This document shows positions 17,258-26,700 of a DNA stretch of 64,000 bases, piece by piece. Numbering within the stretch: position 1 is the stretch's first letter; the number at the start of each line of letters is the position of its first letter. This stretch comes from Solirubrobacterales bacterium. GTDB lineage: Bacteria > Actinomycetota > Thermoleophilia > Solirubrobacterales > 70-9. The translations under genes were made by a program, and so were the position numbers. The notes under the pieces were generated by a model. That model saw nothing but the letters and a program-made list of their open reading frames with translations, had not been told where the DNA came from and did not search any database. The stretch lies in assembly GCA_036558385.1 (NCBI GenBank), contig DATBFS010000128.1, positions 23,732 through 87,731 on the forward strand, written 5' to 3'.

Positions 17258-17581
17258 ATGACCAACCGCCACTATGGATCGTCCATCAGACGTCGTCCGG
17301 CCACCTGGCTTGCCGCCGCGCTGCTCGTTCTGGCGCTCGCGGCCCCGTCGGCGGCCATCGCCTCCTCACCGAGCAACGCTCAGTACGAGCCGCAGAACCA
17401 TCAGATTGCCGCGGGCGGCGGCGGCGGAAGTGGACCCTCCGCTCCCAGCAAGAGCACGATCGGCAGCCTCCCGTTCACCGGGCTGGATGTCGGTGTCCTC
17501 GCGCTGGCGGCGGCCGCTCTGCTCGGCGCCGGCTTCGCCTTGCGACGTCTCTCCGACCCGGCCAGGCGGTCTTCCTCCTAG
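17258..17581 (+). CDS. Very small secreted LPXTG-type (LPFTG) sortase substrate, 107 aa precursor
   Basis: The ATG at 17258 gives MTNRHYGSSIRRRPATWLAAALLVLALAAPSAAIASS (signal peptide). This is followed by about 40 residues rich in Gly/Ser/Pro. The protein ends with LPFTG, a hydrophobic stretch (LDVGVLALAAAALLGAGFAL) and a basic tail (RRLSDPARRSSS). Confidence 0.7.
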   Translation: MTNRHYGSSIRRRPATWLAAALLVLALAAPSAAIASSPSNAQYEPQNHQIAAGGGGGSGPSAPSKSTIGSLPFTGLDVGVLALAAAALLGAGFALRRLSDPARRSSS

Positions 17582-17633
17582 GCGCGAGCCAGGACGCGGA
17601 TCGCAGGAATAACGAGAGACGAGGACTTCGACG

Positions 17634-19106
17634 GTGTCCGCCATGGACGGCGCGAGCGCTGAGATCACGGGCCAGGCGCCCACGGACGATCGGTCCCCGC
17701 GGGTGCTTCGCGCCCTCGAGGCCCAGCGTCTGCTGGACCTGATCGCGCTCAAGGTGATGCCCGCGGTGGCGGCCGGGCTGATCGCCTATCTGCACCTCGG
17801 CCAGGTCGGCTATGCGGTCGTCCTCGGGGGTTCGATGCTGGTCGCGCTGCAGCTCGTGGAGCGCTGCGCGCTGCCGCTCGACCTGATGCCCGCGGCGCGC
17901 ATCGCCCTCGCGGTGATCGCGCCCGTCCTCGGCGCGGTGCTTGCTTTGGTGCTCGAGCTGGGCGCCGGTGACCACGTGGCTCTGGGACCCCTTGAGCCGT
18001 CGGTCATCGGTGCCTGGCTCGTATTGGCCCTCGGGGCATGGGTGACAGTGCATTTCCAGGAAGGTCGCCCGGCACGGGTGGCTGTGATTGGGTCGCCGGG
18101 GTTCGCCGCCGACCTCGCAGCCGAGTTGGGGGCGGCCGGTATTCGGGGGTATGAGGTGATCGGATGGTTCGGCGCCGCCGCGCCTGCCGCGCACTCGGGC
18201 GGGCTCGAGTGCCTCGGCACGCTCGACGGGGTTCGCGCGGCGGTGATCGCGCGGAGGGTCGAGCTGCTTGTCTGGGCCCGGGAGGAGACCAGTGAGCAGC
18301 GCGGCGGCGCCGACGGGGGCTCCGATCCCTGCGCCCTCATCGCCGATGCCTGCCTCGACCTGCCGGTGAGGATGATCGAGGCGAGCCAGCTTTACGAGGA
18401 GCTGCTGGGCCACGTGCCGCTCGGGACGATCGACTCCGCGTGGTTCCGCTACATGATGCACCCACGCTTTCGGCCCACCTCGCCGCTCTCGAAGCGCATC
18501 TCCGACCTCGCGATCGCCCTGCCGGCCGCGATCGTCGCGCTGCCGCTCCTGGCGGTGATGGCGATCGCGATCAAGCTCTCCGACTCGGGTCCGGTGCTCT
18601 TCCGGCAGCGTCGGGTCGGCGAGCGCGGACAGGACTTCTTCGTGCTCAAGCTCCGCACGATGGTGCCCGACGCCGAGTCCGCCGGCCCGCAATGGTGCGC
18701 GGCCGACGACGATCGCGTGACGAGGCTCGGCAGGTTCCTTCGGAGGACGCACATCGACGAGCTGCCGCAGCTCTGGAACGTCCTTCGGGGGGAGATGACC
18801 CTCGTGGGGCCTCGCCCCGAGCGCCCGGAGATCGTCGCGGAGCTCGAGCAACGCTTTCCGCACTACACGCGCCGCCACCTGGTGAAGCCCGGGATCACGG
18901 GCTGGGCCCAGCTGCGGTGCGGGTACGCCGGGTCCGAGCTCGGCACGGCATGGAAGCTGTGCCACGACCTGTTCTATGTCAAGCGCCGGTCCGTGCTCGC
19001 GGACTGGCTGATCATCGTCGAGACCCTCTTCGAGGCGGGTCGCGACGCTCATCGAGCGCTGCGTGCGCCGGAACAGAGGTTCATTGTCGGCGAGGCCAGT
19101 GACTAG
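17634..19106 (+). CDS. Polyprenyl-phosphate hexose-1-phosphate transferase (WbaP/EpsB-type priming glycosyltransferase)
   Basis: The C-terminal bacterial sugar transferase domain is LSKRISDLAIAL...GPVLFRQRRVGERGQDFFVLKLRTM...DDRVTRLGRFLRRTHIDELPQLWNVLRGEMTLVGPRPERPE. The N-terminus has multiple TM segments. The start is GTG 17634 or ATG 17643. Confidence 0.85.
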   Translation: MSAMDGASAEITGQAPTDDRSPRVLRALEAQRLLDLIALKVMPAVAAGLIAYLHLGQVGYAVVLGGSMLVALQLVERCALPLDLMPAARIALAVIAPVLGAVLALVLELGAGDHVALGPLEPSVIGAWLVLALGAWVTVHFQEGRPARVAVIGSPGFAADLAAELGAAGIRGYEVIGWFGAAAPAAHSGGLECLGTLDGVRAAVIARRVELLVWAREETSEQRGGADGGSDPCALIADACLDLPVRMIEASQLYEELLGHVPLGTIDSAWFRYMMHPRFRPTSPLSKRISDLAIALPAAIVALPLLAVMAIAIKLSDSGPVLFRQRRVGERGQDFFVLKLRTMVPDAESAGPQWCAADDDRVTRLGRFLRRTHIDELPQLWNVLRGEMTLVGPRPERPEIVAELEQRFPHYTRRHLVKPGITGWAQLRCGYAGSELGTAWKLCHDLFYVKRRSVLADWLIIVETLFEAGRDAHRALRAPEQRFIVGEASD

Positions 19107-19137
19107 GCGGAGCGCGGGCTCCAGCGGCGGGGGGGCG

Positions 19138-19731
19138 ATGGCGGGTGTGCCGGCCCAGCTCGCGATCATGGTCGTGGACGACGAGCGCCGCTGCCTGGAG
19201 GCCAACCTGGCCGCATGCCGACTGCTCGGCCTGCCGCGCCGCGCCGTCGTCGGCCGGACCTTCGACGACTTCCTGGCGACGGGAATGCGCTCCCGCGTCG
19301 ACCACGTCTGGCGCGCCTTCCGCGAGGGCGGGGGGCACGCCGGCCCGTTCGAGCTGAGCTCGCAGGCCGCGGCGACGGAGGAGGTCCACATCACCGTGAC
19401 CGCAAACGTCCTGCCCGGGCGCCACCTGCTGATCCTGTCCGGCGGCGGAGCCCGGGTTGGGGAGCCCGAGGCCCAGCCTGAGGCCAATCGCAAGGCCCAG
19501 CCGGCCAACCACGTGTCGCGCTTCACGCGCGGCGGCCCGACTTCACGCGAGCGTGAGGTGCTCGCCCTGCTGGCCGCGGGCGCCACCGATGAGCAGATCG
19601 CGGGACTGCTCGAGCTCTCGCCCGCGACCGTGCAGACGCACGTTCGCAACGCGAAGGCCAAGCTCGGGGCGCGGACCCGGGCCCAGGCGGTGGCGCTCGC
19701 GCTTCAGGGCGGCATGATCGACCTGGCCTAG
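19138..19731 (+). CDS. PAS-like sensor domain fused to a LuxR-type HTH regulator
   Basis: ATG at 19138. The N-terminal AIMVVDDERRCLEANLAACRLLGLPRRAVVGRTFDDFL is PAS-like. The C-terminal SREREVLALLAAGATDEQIAGLLELSPATVQTHVRNAKAKLGARTRAQAVALAL is a LuxR HTH. Confidence 0.7.
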   Translation: MAGVPAQLAIMVVDDERRCLEANLAACRLLGLPRRAVVGRTFDDFLATGMRSRVDHVWRAFREGGGHAGPFELSSQAAATEEVHITVTANVLPGRHLLILSGGGARVGEPEAQPEANRKAQPANHVSRFTRGGPTSREREVLALLAAGATDEQIAGLLELSPATVQTHVRNAKAKLGARTRAQAVALALQGGMIDLA

Positions 19732-19836
19732 CGGGGCCGTGGCGCCGGCGCCGCGGCTGGCGACGGGCGGGGCCGTGCTGCGACCGTTGTGGCCCGGCTG
19801 GGTAGCGGAGCAGAGCCCCAACGCTCAGTCGCCCGT

Positions 19837-19879
19837 GATGGCCGAGAAGCGTCGTCTATTTCGACGTTATTCGGCCATC
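19837..19879. terminator. Nested hairpin between convergent genes (possible bidirectional, T-tract-less terminator)
   Basis: GATGGCCGA-gaag-CGTCG-tctattt-CGACG-ttat-TCGGCCATC forms 9 + 5 bp with a symmetric internal loop. It lies in a locally AT-richer patch between the 19731 stop (+) and the 19912 stop (-). There is no U-tract. Confidence 0.35.
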
Positions 19880-19911
19880 GCGGTCCGACAGCGGTCGCGT
19901 GGAAGCGCCGG

Positions 19912-22002
19912 TCACTGCCCGCCGCTGGAGCGCGAGCGGAGCTCGTCCGCAAGGGCGTCGATCTCGCCATTCTGAGGGTCGCGCGCGTGGGCGGCTTCGA
20001 GCTCGCGCCGGGCCAGCGCGGGGTCGTCGTGCCGGTGGAGCACGGCGAGCAGGTAGTAGGACACCCACTCCTCCGGGCGCTTGGCGATGGCGTCCTGGAA
20101 TGCCTGGACCGCCCTGCTGCGGTCGCCGTTGGCCTTGGCGATCGCGCCCTCGGCGAGCAGCGGGTCGACGCTGAGCGGGTTGAGCGACTCGGCACGGTCG
20201 AGGTCGTCGTAGGCGCGGCCGGGGTCAGCGCGCCAGACGTCGTAGGCGTCGTTCACGTAGCGCTCGCTGAGAAACGGCGGCACGGTCGAGATCGCGAGGA
20301 CGATCGCCGCGCCGGCCACCAGGAGCCGGCCGCTGCCCCGGCCCTGGCGGGAGCTCTCCGCCGCAACGGCTGGCGCGCACGCCGAGCCGAACAGCGCGAA
20401 GACAGGCGCGGTGATGGCCGGGTAGGGCCAGAACCAATCGAGCGAGGAATGGAAGAGCCAGTAGGTCCCGGCGGTGAGCGCGAAGGCGGACACCCAGGCC
20501 GCGCCCGTCCCGAAGCGCCGCGCCCGGAGGGCGCCGGCGGCCGCCGCGGCCACCGCGCTCGCGAACAGGACGAGGCCGACGACCCCGAGCTCCGAGAGAT
20601 TCTCGAGCTCGACGCTGTGGGCATCGTGCACGGCGGGCGGGGCATCCGGTCGCCGCTCGCGAAGGTAGGTGTAGCGATAGCCGCCGCCGCCGTCCCCGAG
20701 CAGTGGATGGCGTCGGAAGTCGAGCAGGGCGATCCGCCAGAGCTCCCCCCGACCGGTGCGGGCGTTGAGCGTGAAACGGCTCTCCTTTCCGACCGGGCGC
20801 GAGGACTCACCCGCTTGGAACTCCGACGCCTTTTGGCCGACCCAGTCGAGCGGGTCGCCGACGACGGCCACGAACGCCATGGACCCCCCCAGGACGACGG
20901 CGACCACCGCGCCGATCGCCGCCCGATCCGCAATCCGCCCCACGCGCGCCGACGTCGGTAGCCGGGCCTCGGCGAGCGCGGCCACGGCGCCGAGGGCGAG
21001 GGCGACGCCGGTGGCGAGGATCGCGGCGTTCCCGGCCCGTCGGAGCTCGCCGCCGAGGTCGCGCATGGGCGTGCCTGCGCTCGCGGCCTGGTAGAGGTCC
21101 GTCAGCGCCGGCAGCACGAGCAACGCCGGCAGCACCGCCAGCGCCAGCCAGGCGAGGCGTCGAGCACGCTCGCGGGAGAACGCCACGTACACACACAGCG
21201 CGGCCGCCCCGGCGATCATCGATCCGCGGCTTTGGCTGAGCATCCCCATCGACAGGCAGAGGGTCGCCGCCGCCAGGGCGAGGCCGCGCCCCGGCCAAGG
21301 GCTCTCGCGCCGCGCGGCGAGGCCCAGCGCCGGCCAGAATGCGATCAAGAAGAAGGCCGCGTTCGCGTTGCGGTAGCCGAGCGGGTACTCGAGCGTCCCG
21401 TCCGGCTCCAGGTAGTTCCCGGGATGGTCGCCTCCGTGCATGCCGATGGCCGCGATCGCCCCGCCGAAGGCCCCGGCCAGCGCGAGCGGGACGAGGGCGA
21501 GGTGCCGGCGCCGGCCGACGAGGATCGACAGCCACAGGCCGAGGCCGAAGGCGACCGCGTACGCCAGGATCCGCTGGCCGTCGGCGATCGCGATGTCCGG
21601 GGCGGGGCTCCAGACGGCGGAGAGAGCCGCCCAGCAGCCGAGCGTTATCGCGGCGCCCAGCGCCACCGAGACCGCGCGCGAGGCGCGGAGGCGCGCCGGC
21701 CAGGGCGCGATCCACGTGAGCATCGCCAGCGCGGCGCAGAGCGCGACCGTGCCGGGAAGCAGGACGGTCCCGAAGAACCCGCCCGCCTTGGCTCCCCACC
21801 AGGAGAAGACGATCGTGAGGACGAGCAGTGGCAGAAGCGCAGCCGGCTGGAAGCGCGTGGGCGCTGAGGCGCCCGCCTCGCCGCCCGAAGCGTCGCACGG
21901 GGCCTCGGGGGGTGCTCGCACCGGCCCCAAGCTAGCGCCCCGTCTGGCGGAGGTGCGGGCGGGCGGCCCTGGAGCGAGGCCGACCGGTGCGTGTAGGACC
22001 AT
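19912..22002 (-). CDS. O-antigen ligase/Wzy-like polytopic membrane protein with a C-terminal TPR-like domain
   Basis: Wzy_C-like region: LSQSRGSMIAGAAAL...RGELWRIALLDF...HDAHSVELENLSELGVVGL. The C-terminal roughly 130 aa form TPR-like helical repeats. The start is uncertain: 22002 lies only 9 nt from the divergent gene, and GTG 21921 is an alternative. Confidence 0.7.
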   Translation of the reverse strand: MVLHAPVGLAPGPPARTSARRGASLGPVRAPPEAPCDASGGEAGASAPTRFQPAALLPLLVLTIVFSWWGAKAGGFFGTVLLPGTVALCAALAMLTWIAPWPARLRASRAVSVALGAAITLGCWAALSAVWSPAPDIAIADGQRILAYAVAFGLGLWLSILVGRRRHLALVPLALAGAFGGAIAAIGMHGGDHPGNYLEPDGTLEYPLGYRNANAAFFLIAFWPALGLAARRESPWPGRGLALAAATLCLSMGMLSQSRGSMIAGAAALCVYVAFSRERARRLAWLALAVLPALLVLPALTDLYQAASAGTPMRDLGGELRRAGNAAILATGVALALGAVAALAEARLPTSARVGRIADRAAIGAVVAVVLGGSMAFVAVVGDPLDWVGQKASEFQAGESSRPVGKESRFTLNARTGRGELWRIALLDFRRHPLLGDGGGGYRYTYLRERRPDAPPAVHDAHSVELENLSELGVVGLVLFASAVAAAAAGALRARRFGTGAAWVSAFALTAGTYWLFHSSLDWFWPYPAITAPVFALFGSACAPAVAAESSRQGRGSGRLLVAGAAIVLAISTVPPFLSERYVNDAYDVWRADPGRAYDDLDRAESLNPLSVDPLLAEGAIAKANGDRSRAVQAFQDAIAKRPEEWVSYYLLAVLHRHDDPALARRELEAAHARDPQNGEIDALADELRSRSSGGQ

Positions 22003-22011
22003 CTGCGTCCC

Positions 22012-22713
22012 GTGGGCGACTCAACGCGCGAGCCGTTCGAGCCGGGTGGGCAGCCCGGCGAGGCCGACGAGCGCCTGCGTGAGCGGGTCGCCGCCGCGCG
22101 GACCTCGATCGGCGAGATGCTGCGCGACGCCGTCGAGAGGCTCGAGCACCAGGAGCGGGCCGCGATACAGGCCGCCGAGGAGCGGCTCACGAGAGTGGCG
22201 GCCGAGCGGATCGACGATGCGCTCGTGCGCCTCGGCATGGAGAAGGGCCAGCTTCAAGCCGAGGTGGAGCGGCGGCTTGAGCGCGCGATCGAGCGCCTCT
22301 CGGCCGAGGTGGGGGCGCGGGTCGGCGCCGCCCAGGCCCAACTCGAGGACGTGGCCGTCCGGTCGATCGAACGCGCCGTCGAGGCCCCGGAGCGGAGCGA
22401 GGGGTTCGAGCGGGCCGCGCAGGAGGCCATGGCGCGGATCGAGCAGGCGATCGGCCGGGTCGAGGCGGCGGTGGCGGAGGTCGGCGAGGCGGAGCGCCGG
22501 GTCTACGGGATCGAGGAGCGGGCGGCCCGGATGGAGAAGCGGGTGGTGGAGGCGGCCGAGACCGCAACTCGCGCGGCGGACTGGGAGGCGCGGCTGGACG
22601 CCGCGGCGCGGGTCGAGGCCGAGGCCGCTCGGCGAATCAGCGACGCCGAGCGCCGACTCCTCGGGCTGATCAGGGAGCCGCCGGAGGAGCCGCCGGGCGG
22701 TGGCGTCAGGTGA
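22012..22713 (+). CDS. Hypothetical Glu/Arg/Ala-rich coiled-coil protein
   Basis: 233-aa ORF that is almost entirely predicted helix or coiled coil (ERLEHQERAAIQAAEERL...AERRVYGIEERAARMEKRVVEAAE). I recognise no family. The start is uncertain. Confidence 0.45.
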   Translation: MGDSTREPFEPGGQPGEADERLRERVAAARTSIGEMLRDAVERLEHQERAAIQAAEERLTRVAAERIDDALVRLGMEKGQLQAEVERRLERAIERLSAEVGARVGAAQAQLEDVAVRSIERAVEAPERSEGFERAAQEAMARIEQAIGRVEAAVAEVGEAERRVYGIEERAARMEKRVVEAAETATRAADWEARLDAAARVEAEAARRISDAERRLLGLIREPPEEPPGGGVR

Positions 22714-23647
22714 TCGCGGCGAACGAGGTGGCGGTCTCGCGAAGGCCGTCGACCAGCGCGGTCCGCGCCCGCCAGCCGAGCTCCTCGCCCGCGCGACCGC
22801 TGTCGATGGCGATCCGCTGGACCTCGCCGGCCCGGGGCGGCGCCAGCTCGGGCTCGAACGGGCGGTCGCAGACGCCCCCGATCAGCTCGCCGAGCTCCAG
22901 CACGCTGGTCTCCACGCCCGTCCCGACGTTGTAGGTACCCTCGACCTCGGCGGAGGCGGCGGCGGCGAAGGCCTCGACGACGTCCCCGACGAAGACGTAG
23001 TCGCGAGTCTGGTTCCCGTCGCCGAACACCTTCGGGGTGCCGCCGCTGAGCAGGGCGCCGCAGAAGATGGCGACGACTCCAGCCTCGCCGTGCGGGTCCT
23101 GCCGCGGCCCGTAGACGTTGCCCAGGCGAAGAGCGGTCGCCTTGAGCCCGTAGAGGCGCCCGTAGAGCGACGCGTAGCCCTCGGCGGCGAACTTGCTCTG
23201 GCCATAGGGGGCGTCCGGGCGGCATTGCGCGGTCTCGTCCAGCGGCAGGTCGAGCTTCGCCCCCTCGCCGTAGATCGCGCCGCCCGTGGAGGCGAGCACG
23301 AACCGGCTGGTTTCGTTCACCCGACCCGCCTCGAGCAGGTTGAGCGTGCCGGCGACGTTGACGCTCAGATCGTAGACCGGGTCCGCGACCGAGCGCCGGA
23401 CGTCGATCTGCGCGGCGAGGTGAAAGACGACCTCCGGGCGATGCTGCTCGAACAGGTCCGCGACCGCGGCGACATCGGTGACGTCGGCCTCCACGAGCTG
23501 GGCGCCGGCGCCGATCGCTCCGGCGAGATTCTCACGCCGCCCGCTCGACAGGTTGTCGATCACGAGGACCTCGTCGCCGCGCTCGAGGAGGGCGTCCACG
23601 AGGTGGGAGCCGATGAATCCCGCTCCGCCGGTGACCAGGGCCTTCAT
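22706..23647 (-). CDS. NAD-dependent nucleotide-sugar epimerase/dehydratase (UDP-glucose 4-epimerase-like)
   Basis: MKALVTGGAGFIGSHLV Rossmann motif and the YGQSK catalytic YxxxK motif. The length of 313 aa is typical of short GalE-like SDR enzymes. Confidence 0.85.
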   Translation of the reverse strand: MKALVTGGAGFIGSHLVDALLERGDEVLVIDNLSSGRRENLAGAIGAGAQLVEADVTDVAAVADLFEQHRPEVVFHLAAQIDVRRSVADPVYDLSVNVAGTLNLLEAGRVNETSRFVLASTGGAIYGEGAKLDLPLDETAQCRPDAPYGQSKFAAEGYASLYGRLYGLKATALRLGNVYGPRQDPHGEAGVVAIFCGALLSGGTPKVFGDGNQTRDYVFVGDVVEAFAAAASAEVEGTYNVGTGVETSVLELGELIGGVCDRPFEPELAPPRAGEVQRIAIDSGRAGEELGWRARTALVDGLRETATSFAAIT

Positions 23648-23748
23648 GGGGCGGGCAGCTTAGTGGTCCGGTGCGGGGGATCGGCCAAACGCCCCACGGT
23701 GCGAGTTCACGGGCCGGATGCATCTGGACGGATTGAGATGATCAAACC

Positions 23749-26700
23749 ATGGCGAGCACCGAGGCGGTCCACCTCCATGTCCACAGCGAGTACTCGCTTT
23801 TGGACGGCGCCTGCAAGATCAGGTCGATGGCCGCCCGGGCGGCGGAGCTCGGCATGCCGGCGCTCGGCCTGACCGACCACGGGGTCATGAACGGGGCGGT
23901 CGAGCACTACAAGGCGTGCAAGGAAAACGGGATCAAGCCGATCGTCGGCCTCGAGGCCTACCTGGTCGACGACCGGCGCGCGGATGCCCCCGGCGAGCGC
24001 AACCATCTGACCCTCCTCGCGGCCACCGAGGCCGGCTTTCGAAACCTCGTCAAGCTCACGTCCCTCGGCTACCTGGAGGGCTTTGCCCGCGGCAAGCCGA
24101 GCGTCGACACCGAGCTCCTGGATCGCCACTCCGACGGCGTCATCGCGCTCACCGGCTGCCTTCAATCCCGCTTCTGCCAGCGGCTGATCTCGGCCCGGCC
24201 AAAGGACGCGCGGGCGCACGTCGACGAGCTGGTCGGGATCTTCGGCGCCGAGAACGTCTACTTCGAGATCCAGTCGAACGGGCTCGCCGAGCAGGACAGG
24301 GCCAACGAGGGGATCGTTCGCGTGGCCTCCGAGCTCGGCCGCCCGCTCGTGGCGACCGCCGACGTCCACTATCTGCGCCGCGAGGACTACTCGAACCACG
24401 CCGCGCTGCTCTGCGTGCAGACGAAGTCAACGATCGAGCAGCCGAAGCTGCGCTTCGAGACCAACGAGTTCTTCCTCAAGAGCCCGGCGGAGATGGGGGA
24501 GTCGTTCGCGGAGTGGCCGGAGTCGGTGCCGACCACCCTGGAGATCGCCGAGCGATGCAACGTCGAGATCGAGCTCGGGCGGCTGCTCTTGCCCCGGTTC
24601 CCGACCCCGGGCGGGGAGGAGCCCGCGGCGATGCTCAGGCGGCTCGCGACGGATGGCCTGCGCCGCCTGTACGGCGATCCTCCGCCGGCCGAGGCGATGG
24701 AGCGGCTGGAGTTCGAGCTCGGCGTGATCGGCGAGATGGGGTTCGAGTCCTACTTCCTGATCGTGTGGGACTTCGTCAAGTTCGCCAAGGACAACGGGAT
24801 CGCCGTCGGCCCGGGGCGCGGCTCGGCGGCGGGCTCGATCGTCGCCTACAGCCTCAACATCACCGACCTAGACCCGCTCGCCAACGAGCTGCTCTTCGAG
24901 CGCTTCCTCAACCCCGCCCGGAAGTCGATGCCCGACATCGACATCGACTTCTCGGTTCGCGGGCGGGAGCGAGTGATCCGCTACGTGGCCGACAAGTACG
25001 GGCGTGAGTCCGTGGCGCAGATCATCACCTTCGGCAAGATGGCCCCGCGGGCCGCGACCCGGGACGCCGCCCGGGTCCTCGGTTTCGACTATGCCACCGG
25101 CGATCGGATCGCCAAGCAGATCCCCGAGCCCGTGATGGGGCGCAGCCCGAGCTTCTCCGAGTGCCTCAAGGACGGCGAGGAGCTCAAGCGCACCTACGAC
25201 TCCGAGGCAGACGCCAGGAAGATCCTCGACGTCGCGCGCGGGTTGGAGGGGATAGTCCGCAACAACTCGATCCACGCCGCCGCCGTGGTGATCGCCGATC
25301 GACCCCTGGCCGAGATCGTGCCGCTCCAGCTGGCCGAGGATCGCACCGCGCCGGCCGAGAAGGGGGAGAACGGCAAGCCCGCTCGCTCCTACAAGATCGT
25401 CACCCAGTACTCGATGGGCCCGATCGAGGAGATGGGCCTCCTGAAGATGGACTTCCTGGGCCTGCGAAACCTCGACGTGATCGAGGACGCGGTGGCGATC
25501 ATCGAGCGCTCCCGAGGGATCAAGGTCGAGATGGAGTCGATCCCCCTCGACGACGCGACGACCTTCGAGATGCTCGCCCGCGGGGACTCCGTCGGCGTCT
25601 TCCAGCTCGAGTCAGAGGGCATGCGCGAGGCGCTCAAGCAGGTTCGGCCGACCGAGTTCAACGACATCGTCGCGATCGGTGCCCTCTATCGGCCGGGCGC
25701 GATGCGGTTCATCCCGGATTACGCGCGCGGCAAGCGGGATCCCGGCACGGTTCGCTATGCCGACGAGCGGTTGCGCCCGATCACCGAGGAGACCTACGGC
25801 TGCTGCATCTACCAGGAGCAGCTGATGGAGATCTCCAAGCAGGTCGCCGGCTTCAGCCCCGCGGAGGCCGACGACCTGCGCAAGGCGGTGGGCAAGAAGA
25901 AGCGCGACCTGATGGCGACGATGGAGGACAAGTTCGTCGAGGGCTGCGCGGCCTCCGGCACGGCCCCGGCGGTCGCCAAGGACCTGTGGTCGCTGATGAC
26001 CGCGGCGGCGGACTACAGCTTCAACAAGTCGCACGCGGCCTGCTACGCGCTGATCTCCTATCGCACGGCCTATCTGAAGGCCAACTACCCGGCCGAGTAC
26101 ATGGCGGCGGTCATCTCGTCCGTGATGGCGACCAAGGACAAGGTGCCCTTCTTCGTCAACCGGTGCGAGGAGATGGGGATCGAGGTGCTGCCGCCGGACG
26201 TGAGCTCCTCGGATCACGGGTTCGTCGTCAGCGGCAAGTCGATCCGGTTCGGACTCGACGCCGTGAAGAACGTCGGGCACGCGGCGGTCGAGGCGATCAT
26301 CGCGGCGCGTGAACGCGGTGGGCCGTTCGACTCGATCTGGGACTTCTGCGAGCGGGTCGACGCGCGGGCCGTGAACAAGCGCGCGGTCGAGTGCCTGGTC
26401 AAGTGCGGAGCGCTGGACTCCACGGGCGACTGCCGCAAGGGGATGCTGGAGGTCCTCGCGGCGGCCCAGGCGAGCGCCTCCAAGTCGCAGGAGGATGCTC
26501 GCAACGGCCAGGGGTCGATCTTCGACCTGGGCGGGGGGCCCGCGGCGGACGCCGGTCCCGGCGCGGGGCAGGGGCCGGGCGAGCATCGGCCCTCGATCCC
26601 CACCGAGGAGTTCGACCAGCGCGAGCTGCTGCGGTTGGAGAAGGAGACGCTCGGCACCTTCCTCTCGGCGCATCCGCTGGGCGAGGTCCGTGACGCGCTT

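Noticed and set aside
17475-19661. A 728-aa minus-strand ORF, the longest in this region of the track
   Set aside because: It is antisense to the well-supported priming glycosyltransferase and PAS-LuxR genes. Its product is Arg/Pro/Ala/Gly-rich low-complexity sequence with no recognisable motifs. This is the typical shadow ORF of about 70% GC DNA.
22002-22012. A 9-nt divergent intergenic region between the Wzy/TPR gene and the coiled-coil gene, considered as a shared promoter
   Set aside because: Nine nucleotides cannot hold two promoters. More likely one or both start codons are mis-assigned (for example GTG 21921 for the minus-strand gene). I flagged this as start uncertainty rather than as biology.
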